Below are positions 10,423 to 19,176 of a DNA stretch of 64,000 bases, in pieces (position 1 is the first letter of the stretch; every line of letters begins with the position of its first letter). Origin of the DNA: a virus (taxonomy: Duplodnaviria; Caudoviricetes). The notes beneath the pieces are model-generated. The model did not search any database. It saw nothing but the letters and a program-made list of their open reading frames with translations, and was not told the DNA's origin. The stretch covers positions 258,519-322,518 of the IMG/VR virus record IMGVR_UViG_3300015050_001523, one strand, 5' to 3'. The translations under genes and the position numbers were made by a program.

Positions 10423-11001
10423 ATGGACGAATGGGATAAGACAGTAAAATATGCAAAATCTAATATTGATGGATTTAGTGTAGAATATAAAGCAAGTTCA
10501 AGTTTTCAAAAATTAATTGCAAAATTTTTGTTTTGGATTAATTGGCTTGGCGTTTGGACGGCAATATATCCAAAAGTATGGATGCCAAAAGAATTAAGAA
10601 ATTATGCTATATTGCAACATGAAATTGTTCATTTAAAAGATGCAGAATCATTTTATGGATTACTTCCGATTAAAACAAAATGGTTAAATGTTTCATTGTT
10701 TTATTTTTCTTATTTCTCTCCTCAAATATTTTCACTTTTAGCATTTTTAGCATTTGTTAATTTGTGGTGGTTGTTATGTTTGATATTTTTGCTGCCCATA
10801 CCATCCCCAGGAAGAATGATTTCTGAAATTAGAGCATATAGAAGATCCAGAGAACTTGGAGATACATCTCAAAAAATTGCATCAGTATTTAAAGGGCCAA
10901 TGTATTTTTATATGTGGCCCTTTAAGAAACATATAAAGAATATGTTATTGAAAAAATCTCCATATAAAGAAGAAATGGATCTTATTTTGAGGGAAAACTA
11001 A
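10423..11001 (+). CDS. Membrane-associated HExxH (zincin-like) protein
   Basis: LQHEIVH plus downstream EIRAY. Hydrophobic segment FSLLAFLAFVNLWWLLCLIFLLP. Confidence 0.6.
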   Translation: MDEWDKTVKYAKSNIDGFSVEYKASSSFQKLIAKFLFWINWLGVWTAIYPKVWMPKELRNYAILQHEIVHLKDAESFYGLLPIKTKWLNVSLFYFSYFSPQIFSLLAFLAFVNLWWLLCLIFLLPIPSPGRMISEIRAYRRSRELGDTSQKIASVFKGPMYFYMWPFKKHIKNMLLKKSPYKEEMDLILREN

Positions 11002-11399
11002 TGTCATATATTCTTTCTGAAGTATTTGGAGATGCTTCAACATATATGATGGGAATTGCATTTGAAACAATTTCTTATGATCAAGAAAAAAATTCATCTG
11101 TAAAAAGAAAAGGATGGGAAATTCCTTATTTAGAAGCAGATGTTAATGATATTGATGCTTATGCTACAAAATATCAAATAGAAGCAAGAAAGACTGGCGA
11201 TGCTCATCGAACATGGGATAGTTTAGAACCATTTAAAGATGGAATGACAGGAGATGAAACATTTTATATTCTTGTTGTTAAAAATTTAGATTGGTCTGAT
11301 ATTTCAAGTGATGAGTTTCGAGAAATAAATGAAAAAATTAAAGACAATGAATCTTGGGGACTAACAGTAAATCCAAGACCATTAACTATGAATCATTAA
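11001..11399 (+). CDS. Hypothetical protein
   Basis: 132 aa, translationally coupled to the previous ORF (TAATG overlap at 10999-11003). Confidence 0.6.
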   Translation: MSYILSEVFGDASTYMMGIAFETISYDQEKNSSVKRKGWEIPYLEADVNDIDAYATKYQIEARKTGDAHRTWDSLEPFKDGMTGDETFYILVVKNLDWSDISSDEFREINEKIKDNESWGLTVNPRPLTMNH

Positions 11400-11438
11400 A
11401 AATGATATAAAATAGATTGTGAATTGTATGATGTAGAC

Positions 11439-12437
11439 ATGGGTGAAGTCCATGCCTCGTCTGAAAAAATAGAATTTATAGAAAGGGCATTTGGAACGTC
11501 TGAAATCTATACAAAAGGAAATATTCAAGTTAGATGTCCAAAATGCCAAGAATTAGCAATTAAAATTGGGATTCCTCTTCGAAAAAGAAAATTAGCAATA
11601 AATATTCTAAAAGGGGATGTTTTTCATTGTTGGGTTTGCCCTTATAAGGGCAGACTAACAAGGATGCTAAAGGAATATTCGTCACCATATCTTCTTATAG
11701 AATATTTAAAGCGTTTTGCTGACCAAAAAACCTTATCGGCTGGGCTTGATGACAAACCAAATAAAAAAGAAGCTAAACTGCCAGCCGACTTCAAATTATT
11801 GGCCTTAAATCAAAAAAGCAATGATGTTTTAATTCAAAAGGCTTTATCTTATGCAAAAAGTAGAGGTTTGTCAGAAAGGGATCTTTGGTATTTTAAAATT
11901 GGAATATCTAATGAATGGCCTTGGAACAATAGAATTTTGTTTCCGTCTTTTAATTCAGAAGGGGCTTTCAACTATATGGTTGGAAGATCTTGGCTAGAAA
12001 AACCCAATTATCCATACTGGGATACTCCAATCGACGCTACATCAATTATTTTTAATGAAATAAATATAAATTGGAACGAAGAAATAACAATAACTGAGGG
12101 ATTGTTGGATTTAGTAAAATGCAATGATAATGCTGTGCCATTGTTAGGTTCTGATTTAAAAGCGTATAGTAAATTATTTGGAATGATTATTAAAAACAAA
12201 ACTCCTGTTTTATTAGCGATGGATAAAGATATGGCTTATAAAAAAATGCCATCAATTGTAGAACTTTTTTTAAAGGCTGGAATTCAAATACGCGTTTTAG
12301 AAATGGGAGAATACGGAGATGTTGGAGAAATGACAAAAGAGGAGTTTTTACGTCGAAGAAGCGAAGCAAAAATTTGGGATCATTTTTCTCTAATAACTCA
12401 TAAAATAAATTCAATAGAAAGTAGTTCAATTCTTTAA
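11439..12437 (+). CDS. DNA primase (DnaG/gp61-like)
   Basis: Zinc finger CPKC...CWVC; TOPRIM motifs ITEGLLD, AMDKD, DVGEM. In-frame ATG at 11439 preferred over TTG at 11424. Confidence 0.85.
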   Translation: MGEVHASSEKIEFIERAFGTSEIYTKGNIQVRCPKCQELAIKIGIPLRKRKLAINILKGDVFHCWVCPYKGRLTRMLKEYSSPYLLIEYLKRFADQKTLSAGLDDKPNKKEAKLPADFKLLALNQKSNDVLIQKALSYAKSRGLSERDLWYFKIGISNEWPWNNRILFPSFNSEGAFNYMVGRSWLEKPNYPYWDTPIDATSIIFNEININWNEEITITEGLLDLVKCNDNAVPLLGSDLKAYSKLFGMIIKNKTPVLLAMDKDMAYKKMPSIVELFLKAGIQIRVLEMGEYGDVGEMTKEEFLRRRSEAKIWDHFSLITHKINSIESSSIL

Positions 12438-12445
12438 AGAAAATT

Positions 12446-15400
12446 ATGAAAATTTTACATTTCGGAGATCAACACTGGAGGCCATTAGAAAGGCATGAAG
12501 AATATAAACAATGCTTTGAGTCTATGTTTGCTATTGCAAAAAAAGAAAATATAGATGCATTTGTTCTTTGTGGAGATTTAGTGCATGAAAAAACTCAGCG
12601 AATAACCCCAGAAGTAATAGATTGCCTTATTTGGTTTTTCAATGAGATGATAAAAATAGCTCCTGTTCATATGATTTTAGGAAACCATGATGGAAATCTT
12701 AAAAACATGAAAAGAAAAGATGCTATCTCTCCAATTGTTAATGCAATTAATAGTCCAAGAATAAAACTATATTCTAAATCAGGAATTTATCCTCTTAATG
12801 AAAATATAAATTTCTATGTTTATTCTATATTTGATCAAGAAGGGTGGAGCGAGATAGAACCTGATCCAATAAAGACAAATATTTGTCTTTATCATGGATG
12901 CGTCCAAGGAAGCAAGACCGACTATGATTATGAACTTGAAGGAGAGATTGAAGTTTCATTTTTTGAAAAGTATGATTTTACATTTTTATCAGATATTCAT
13001 CGATTCCAATTTTTAGATGATAAAAATAGAATTGCCTATCCTGGATCAACTCTTCAGCAAAATTTTGGCGAATCAATTAAGAATCATGGATTTTTACTTT
13101 GGGACATTAGAGGAAAAGACGATTTTGATGTTAGGCATGTTGAAATTGAAAATAAAAAACCGTTTGTTACATTAAATTGGAAAAGTGATATAGAAGAACC
13201 AGATGGAGGGAAAAAACTTGCTAGAATTATGTTTGAAGCAAGCAAATATCCTAACAATTCTCGTTTTAGAATCTATAGTGAAGCAAAAATTCCTCAACAA
13301 GACAAAAAAATAATCGAATATGAATTAAAAAATAAGAAAAAAGCTTCATTAATAGTTTATAAAAATGAAAAAATTAGAACGCCTGTTGCCGATGAAGAAA
13401 CGAACAAACAACTAAGACGAGACTTAAGAGATCCAACAACTGTATATCAATTATTTCAATCCTTTATTGGAAAGGACAAATTGAATCAAATTCAGTGGAA
13501 GTATGTTGAAGATATTATTCAAAAATATTCTGAAGAGTTAAAGGATGATGAAAATGTAGTTGTTCGTGGCAGAACATGGATCCCTCGCCGTATTGAATTT
13601 GACAATATAATGCAATATGGAGAAGGTAATATGATCAATTTTGATTCTTGTGAAGGAATTGTTGGAATATTTGCTCCAAATATGAGTGGAAAAAGTACAA
13701 TTATTGCAGCAATGGTATATGCTTTATTTGGAAGACTGGATCGTGAAATTCTTCAAAATCATTATCACGGAATGGTAAATAATAGAAAGGATTCATGTTT
13801 CGCAAAATTTGACTTTACAGTTTCAGGAGAAAATTATCGAATTCATAGAGCCACTGAAAGAGTGGAAAAGCAAGATGGGCGCTATGGGGCAAAAACGAAA
13901 ATATTTCTTTATAAAATGACTGATGACTGGGAGGAGCTTGAAGAGCTTCATCGAGAAAAACCGCAGGATACTGAAAAAGAAATAAGAAATATTGTAGGGA
14001 CTCTTGAAGACTTTAAACTAACAGCATTAGCGAACCAAAGAAATGTAGAAGCTTTTATGCGAGAAAGGGTCACTGTTAGAAAGCAACATTTGGCAAGATT
14101 TAGAGACTTACAGCCTTTAGAGATTTTATACACTAAAGCAAATGCTGACTATTCTGTCCAAAAAGGAATGTTGAAGGCATTAACTGCATTAGACTGGGAT
14201 TCTGAAATATCAAGACTTAATATAGAAAGTGAAGATCTTTCTAAAAGTATAGAGAATCATGAGTCAATGTTAGAAATTCTTCGGGATGGTCTCTCAAAAA
14301 TAAAAGAAGAAATTATAAAAAAGGGAGGAGAAAACGTTGTAGATCAAAAAGATATTGATAATCAGAATTTAATTATATCAAACCTTGACAGAGAAAAAGA
14401 AACAATAAAAATTCAAATTGATGCAGTTATTGAAAGAAAAAAAGATCTTCAATCTCAAATTGATGAAATCAATAATAAGAAAAAATATATTGATGTAGAT
14501 AAAGTTAGAGAAAAGCTTGAAAAAAAGAATGAGCTTGAAAAAAAGATAACAATTCTAAAAGAAAAGCTTAGTTCTTCAATTAAGACATTAGAAGTCAAAG
14601 AAAGAACAGTTAGTAAATTAAGCACAGTTCCTTGTGGCGACAAATTTCCAACTTGCAAATATATAAAAGATGCCCATATTGAAAAAGATAATATTGGACC
14701 ATATAAAAATATTATTAAAGAAATTGAAACCGATATTCAAAAATGTGAAATATTGATTGTTGATGATGATTATTCTAATAAACTAAAAGAACATGCAGAA
14801 CTTGAAAAGAAAGAAATTGCATTAATTAAGAAAATTTCTTCTGTTTCTGTTGAGGCTTTAAATTTAAAGCTTGAAAATATTTTAGAGAAAATATTTTTTG
14901 AAAATAAAAAACTCAAAGAAATGGAAATTAACTTTACTGATGACGATTCAGTAAAATTGTTAAAAGAAAAAATTGAAAAAATAAAAATTGAAATAAAAGA
15001 GATTGATACCAAGAGAATACTTTCTGCAACAAGAATTGGAAAAATTGAAAGTGAAATTACTTCTCTTTATTCTGATAAAAGCAAGTTTGAAGAAATAAAT
15101 GACAAATGTAAAATCTTTGAACAATTAGTATTCGCCTTTGGAAAAAAAGGAATTCCAAACCAGATACTTCGCATGGACCTGCCTGCGATCAATGCAGAAA
15201 TAAAGAGTGTTCTTGAAGATATTGACGATGTTGATTCTGTAGAATTTGAACTTGAAGAAGAAAGTGACAAATTGGATATTTATGTAGAAAGTAATGACAC
15301 AAGGATTCCAATAGAGCTATGCTCAGGAGCCCAGCTAGCAATTGCGTCTATAGCATTACGTGTTGGGCTAATGAGAATATCAAACTTGCCAAAACCAGAC

Positions 15401-15595
15401 ATGTTTATTTTAGATGAGCCTTTTGAGAATACAGATAGTTCTAGAGTTGATTCTGTAATAAAAATGACTCAATCATTAAAGAAATGGTTTAAAAAAGTAT
15501 TTTTAATATCTCATATGGAAATAATAAAAGAAACTGCCGATGTTTTGATAGAAATAAATGTTAGTGGAAAGAACTCTTATGTCTATCATGAATAG
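12446..15595 (+). CDS. sbcCD: Fused Mre11/SbcD nuclease - Rad50/SbcC ATPase (gp47-gp46-like)
   Basis: Phosphoesterase motifs GDQH, GDLVH, GNHD, HG, SDIH, YPGS. Then Walker A APNMSGKS, coiled coil with central CGDKFPTC, signature LCSGAQ, Walker B FILDEPF and H-loop LISH, all in one 1049-aa ORF. Confidence 0.9.
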   Translation: MKILHFGDQHWRPLERHEEYKQCFESMFAIAKKENIDAFVLCGDLVHEKTQRITPEVIDCLIWFFNEMIKIAPVHMILGNHDGNLKNMKRKDAISPIVNAINSPRIKLYSKSGIYPLNENINFYVYSIFDQEGWSEIEPDPIKTNICLYHGCVQGSKTDYDYELEGEIEVSFFEKYDFTFLSDIHRFQFLDDKNRIAYPGSTLQQNFGESIKNHGFLLWDIRGKDDFDVRHVEIENKKPFVTLNWKSDIEEPDGGKKLARIMFEASKYPNNSRFRIYSEAKIPQQDKKIIEYELKNKKKASLIVYKNEKIRTPVADEETNKQLRRDLRDPTTVYQLFQSFIGKDKLNQIQWKYVEDIIQKYSEELKDDENVVVRGRTWIPRRIEFDNIMQYGEGNMINFDSCEGIVGIFAPNMSGKSTIIAAMVYALFGRLDREILQNHYHGMVNNRKDSCFAKFDFTVSGENYRIHRATERVEKQDGRYGAKTKIFLYKMTDDWEELEELHREKPQDTEKEIRNIVGTLEDFKLTALANQRNVEAFMRERVTVRKQHLARFRDLQPLEILYTKANADYSVQKGMLKALTALDWDSEISRLNIESEDLSKSIENHESMLEILRDGLSKIKEEIIKKGGENVVDQKDIDNQNLIISNLDREKETIKIQIDAVIERKKDLQSQIDEINNKKKYIDVDKVREKLEKKNELEKKITILKEKLSSSIKTLEVKERTVSKLSTVPCGDKFPTCKYIKDAHIEKDNIGPYKNIIKEIETDIQKCEILIVDDDYSNKLKEHAELEKKEIALIKKISSVSVEALNLKLENILEKIFFENKKLKEMEINFTDDDSVKLLKEKIEKIKIEIKEIDTKRILSATRIGKIESEITSLYSDKSKFEEINDKCKIFEQLVFAFGKKGIPNQILRMDLPAINAEIKSVLEDIDDVDSVEFELEEESDKLDIYVESNDTRIPIELCSGAQLAIASIALRVGLMRISNLPKPDMFILDEPFENTDSSRVDSVIKMTQSLKKWFKKVFLISHMEIIKETADVLIEINVSGKNSYVYHE

Positions 15596-15606
15596 TTATT
15601 ATTACT

Positions 15607-15894
15607 GTGAATAAAGAAGAAGCACTAAGAAAAATCATCCGAGAATCTATTATAGATGAAGGATTTATTGATTGGATAAGATCAAAATGGAAAGGGGATT
15701 CTGGAAATCTTGAATCTGCCCAAAGAGAACTAAAGCAAATCTATTCTTCAATAGATCCATTAAGAAAGGATTTTCCACGAGCGACAAAAAGAATTAGAGA
15801 AAATATTCGCCGTGCAATCTTAGATTTAGAGCATATTAATACATTGATGTCAAAAGGTATTGATGAAAAAAGTTTCCTTGATGGAGATTTATAA
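15607..15894 (+). CDS. Hypothetical protein with IIRE leader
   Basis: 95 aa, GTG start, TAGTTA at 15593-15598 upstream. Confidence 0.55.
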   Translation: MNKEEALRKIIRESIIDEGFIDWIRSKWKGDSGNLESAQRELKQIYSSIDPLRKDFPRATKRIRENIRRAILDLEHINTLMSKGIDEKSFLDGDL

Positions 15895-15906
15895 TAAAAT
15901 GTTCTT

Positions 15907-16155
15907 ATGAGTTGGGAGAAAATATCAAAAAACAGAATCCAGCGAGAAATCGCTGGATTTTTTATTATAAAGCCAGAAGGAGAAAATCTTTCAATCCCTT
16001 TATTCTGTCCTCTTTGTAAAAATGCAATGAGAAACATTCAAGATTCACAATATTATAGAAAATATTGTGTATGTTATGATTGTTCTACCATGTATGCTGA
16101 GCCAAATCGCAAAAAATGGAAAGAAGGATGGAGACCAGATGTTTTTGACGCATAG
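15907..16155 (+). CDS. Small zinc-finger protein
   Basis: CPLC...CYDC pairs in 82 aa. Confidence 0.65.
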   Translation: MSWEKISKNRIQREIAGFFIIKPEGENLSIPLFCPLCKNAMRNIQDSQYYRKYCVCYDCSTMYAEPNRKKWKEGWRPDVFDA

Positions 16156-16179
16156 TTATAACTATAGATAGGTTATCAT

Positions 16180-16566
16180 ATGAATTTTGAAGAATATAAT
16201 ATATTGGGTAATATAATCAATACAACTTGGGGAGTTGGTTCTACCAACAACTCAAAAAGTGGCACAATGTCAATTAAGGGACAAATGATTGATGAAGATC
16301 GATTGGTTCTTAATTTTACAACAATAATAACTTTTGGAGAGCCACATGAGCGAAAAAGAGAGCTTGAAAAAGCTTCATTGGAATCTGGATCAATTCTTGA
16401 AAACTGTATTAAAAATATCAAGTCTGAGTTTAAAAAAGAGACTGGAAGGACATTGAAAACAAAAAATATAGCAGATGAAGAAGATTGGGAACTTTTATCT
16501 TTAGGACAGTATAGCGGTAGAAGGGATGCATATTATCGTCGAAAAATTGTTTTAGAGCTAAACTAA
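16180..16566 (+). CDS. Hypothetical protein directly upstream of the terminase large subunit
   Basis: 128 aa, ends 1 nt before the terL ATG. Function not recognised. Confidence 0.6.
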   Translation: MNFEEYNILGNIINTTWGVGSTNNSKSGTMSIKGQMIDEDRLVLNFTTIITFGEPHERKRELEKASLESGSILENCIKNIKSEFKKETGRTLKTKNIADEEDWELLSLGQYSGRRDAYYRRKIVLELN

Positions 16567-16567
16567 A

Positions 16568-18217
16568 ATGGCCGCCCCAAATACCACTATAAAAGGAGCG
16601 CAAGCAAAAGAAATTCTGAAGTGTGGGCGAGACCCAATATACTTTTTTAATACATATATAAAGATTCAACATCCAACAAAAGGCGCTCTTCCATTTGGAA
16701 CATTCCCATTTCAGGATGATTGTGTTCATGATTTCTTAAAACATAGATTTACAGTTGTCTTAAAGGCCAGACAGTTAGGACTTTCTACAGTTACTGCTGC
16801 TTATGCCTTATGGATAATTTTATTTCAAGAAAATGCAAATGTTTTAGTTATTGCAACAAAGCTAACAACTGCAAAAAACTTTATTGCAAAATGTAAGTAC
16901 ATGTTAAAGAATCTTCCTCCTTGGTTGGTTCTTTGCGATATTACAAGTGATACAGTTCAAACAATTGAAACTTCTCGTGGTTCAATTTTAAAAGCCGTTC
17001 CAACATCCCCCGATGCTGGCCGTTCTGAAGCCCTTTCTCTTTTGATTGTTGACGAGGCTGCCTTTATTGAAAATTTTGACACTCTTTGGACTGGATTATA
17101 TCCTTGTGTATCTACTGGTGGTCGTACAATTCTTTTATCTTCTCCTAATGGTACAGGAAATAAATTTTTTGATATCTATGATAAAGCGGCGAAAGGCGAT
17201 AATGAATTCTACCCAATAAAATTGCCATGGAGTGTACACCCAGAGCGTGATGAAAAATGGTTTAAGCAACAAACCATGAATATGACACCAAAAGAAATTG
17301 CACAGGAACATGAATGCGACTTTGCAGCTTCTGGTGACACATTTCTTGATGCTTCAATTATTGAAAAACTAAGAACTATGGTTAAGAATCCTTTGAAAAA
17401 GGTTGGAGAGGATAGAAATGTTTGGATTTGGGAAGATCCTGAACCTGAAGATCATTACATTTTATCTGCCGATACTGCCAGGGGAGATGGAAAGGATTAT
17501 TCTGCCTTTCACATTATTAATGCAACAACATCAAGAGTTGTTGTTGAATACAAAGGAAAAATGCCTCCAGATCGCTTTGCAGAACTTATTAATGAATTTG
17601 GACTTTTATACAATAAAGCATTAGTCTGCCCAGAAAACAATAATATTGGATATGCAACAATTCAAAGATTGTGTTATCTGCAATATCCAAATATTTATAA
17701 TGGAAAAGAAAAGTCTTTAGATCTTTGGAAATCTATGGCTGGAAATGACGGAAATCTCCAAAGACCATCAGGAGACCTTGGAATTTTTACAACAGGTCAG
17801 AAAAAAAATGTTCTTCTTACAAAAATGGAAGAAATGTTAAGAAATGATAAGGTTCAGATTTTTTCTGAAAGGTTCTATGAAGAATTAAAAACATTTGTTT
17901 GGATAAACAACCATAAAGTTGGAGCAGAAAAAGGCAAAAATGATGATCTTGTGATGAGTGCTGCAATTGGCCTTTGGCTTTTGGATACTGCTGATTTTTC
18001 ATTATATTCAGAAGATCAAAGTAAGGCATTGATTGATGCAATGACAAAATCAGCTTCAAGTATTGATGATATTATCAATAATCAAACTGGAAGAAATAAA
18101 GATGATTATAGTGTAATGGTTCCAGTAGCAGGTAATTCTGGAGGCTTTTCAAATTCAAATCGAAAAGCAAATAGAGTTCAAGTAATTAATAAAAAATGGA
18201 ATTGGTTAATGCAGTAA
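16568..18217 (+). CDS. terL: Terminase large subunit (T4 gp17-like)
   Basis: KARQLGLST (Walker A region), LLIVDEAAF (Walker B), ILLSSPNG (motif III), nuclease motifs ILSADTARGDGKDYS and DDLVMS. Confidence 0.93.
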   Translation: MAAPNTTIKGAQAKEILKCGRDPIYFFNTYIKIQHPTKGALPFGTFPFQDDCVHDFLKHRFTVVLKARQLGLSTVTAAYALWIILFQENANVLVIATKLTTAKNFIAKCKYMLKNLPPWLVLCDITSDTVQTIETSRGSILKAVPTSPDAGRSEALSLLIVDEAAFIENFDTLWTGLYPCVSTGGRTILLSSPNGTGNKFFDIYDKAAKGDNEFYPIKLPWSVHPERDEKWFKQQTMNMTPKEIAQEHECDFAASGDTFLDASIIEKLRTMVKNPLKKVGEDRNVWIWEDPEPEDHYILSADTARGDGKDYSAFHIINATTSRVVVEYKGKMPPDRFAELINEFGLLYNKALVCPENNNIGYATIQRLCYLQYPNIYNGKEKSLDLWKSMAGNDGNLQRPSGDLGIFTTGQKKNVLLTKMEEMLRNDKVQIFSERFYEELKTFVWINNHKVGAEKGKNDDLVMSAAIGLWLLDTADFSLYSEDQSKALIDAMTKSASSIDDIINNQTGRNKDDYSVMVPVAGNSGGFSNSNRKANRVQVINKKWNWLMQ

Positions 18218-18693
18218 ATAAAACAAATATGACTTACGAAAAAAAAAGAAAGGTAAAACAACTTTCAGAGATAATGCAGAAAAATAAATATTTTGATTCT
18301 GCTATTGAGTCATATATTGAACAATTGAAAACAAAAAGAGACTGGCAAAACCTTGAAAAGAAATTAATTCAATATAAAAATTCTGGATGGGAAAAAGAAA
18401 AATTGAATAAAATTTTTCAATGGGAAAGGAAAGGATGCGAAATTCATAATAAGTCTTTAGACAAGTCTATGATTATAATTAAAAAAATGGGCTCGGAAAT
18501 AACCGAAGAACAATTTTTTGATTTAAAATATTGGATTCAGAATAGTTCGCATTCTAAAGAGGCATGGAATAAAAACATTGTACAACTTGAAGATTCTTTA
18601 CATATTATAAAGGCAAAGATTGTACATTTGGCTTTTATGAGCCGATCTCCAACTCCTGTCAATATTGGTCAAATAATAAAAAATAAAGATTAG
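18217..18693 (+). CDS. Hypothetical protein
   Basis: ORF overlapping the terL end. The start is uncertain: track gives 18196; a frame-compatible ATG lies at 18229. Confidence 0.45.
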   Translation, partial: NKTNMTYEKKRKVKQLSEIMQKNKYFDSAIESYIEQLKTKRDWQNLEKKLIQYKNSGWEKEKLNKIFQWERKGCEIHNKSLDKSMIIIKKMGSEITEEQFFDLKYWIQNSSHSKEAWNKNIVQLEDSLHIIKAKIVHLAFMSRSPTPVNIGQIIKNKD

Positions 18694-18717
18694 ACAATCA
18701 AATATATATTTATCTGT

Positions 18718-19128
18718 ATGATTTCAATGCAAAAAAGCCAACTTCAAGATTTGATAAGAGAATCATATCTTTATTCAATAATTAAAGAAGGTAAAGATCA
18801 TAATAGAGAGATTGTTTCAACTATTCTTTCTCTCAAAGACTCTTTATTAAAAAGAAATTTTATTTGTAATACCCAATATGCTCCTCCAAATCCACAAAAA
18901 AAACATCGTGACTTTGGATATTGTACTGTAAAAATTGATACAACAATTGGAAGAGGAAAAGAAATGAGTCAAAAAGCCATTATGAAACAAATAATAAGAA
19001 TGGCACAACAAATGGGACTTAACAAATATTTTTCAATAGTGGATCATGGATATGATGGGAGATATTGTAATTGCAATTTTCGCCTAAATCCTAAATTTGT
19101 TGACAAGTATATGCAACAACAAATTTAG
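18718..19128 (+). CDS. Hypothetical protein with LIRE/IIKE leader
   Basis: 136 aa. TATTTA at 18707-18712. Confidence 0.6.
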   Translation: MISMQKSQLQDLIRESYLYSIIKEGKDHNREIVSTILSLKDSLLKRNFICNTQYAPPNPQKKHRDFGYCTVKIDTTIGRGKEMSQKAIMKQIIRMAQQMGLNKYFSIVDHGYDGRYCNCNFRLNPKFVDKYMQQQI

Positions 19129-19176
19129 GAAAACAAATAGAGCAACCTTTAAATTTTTAATAATAGGGGAGCAAGA

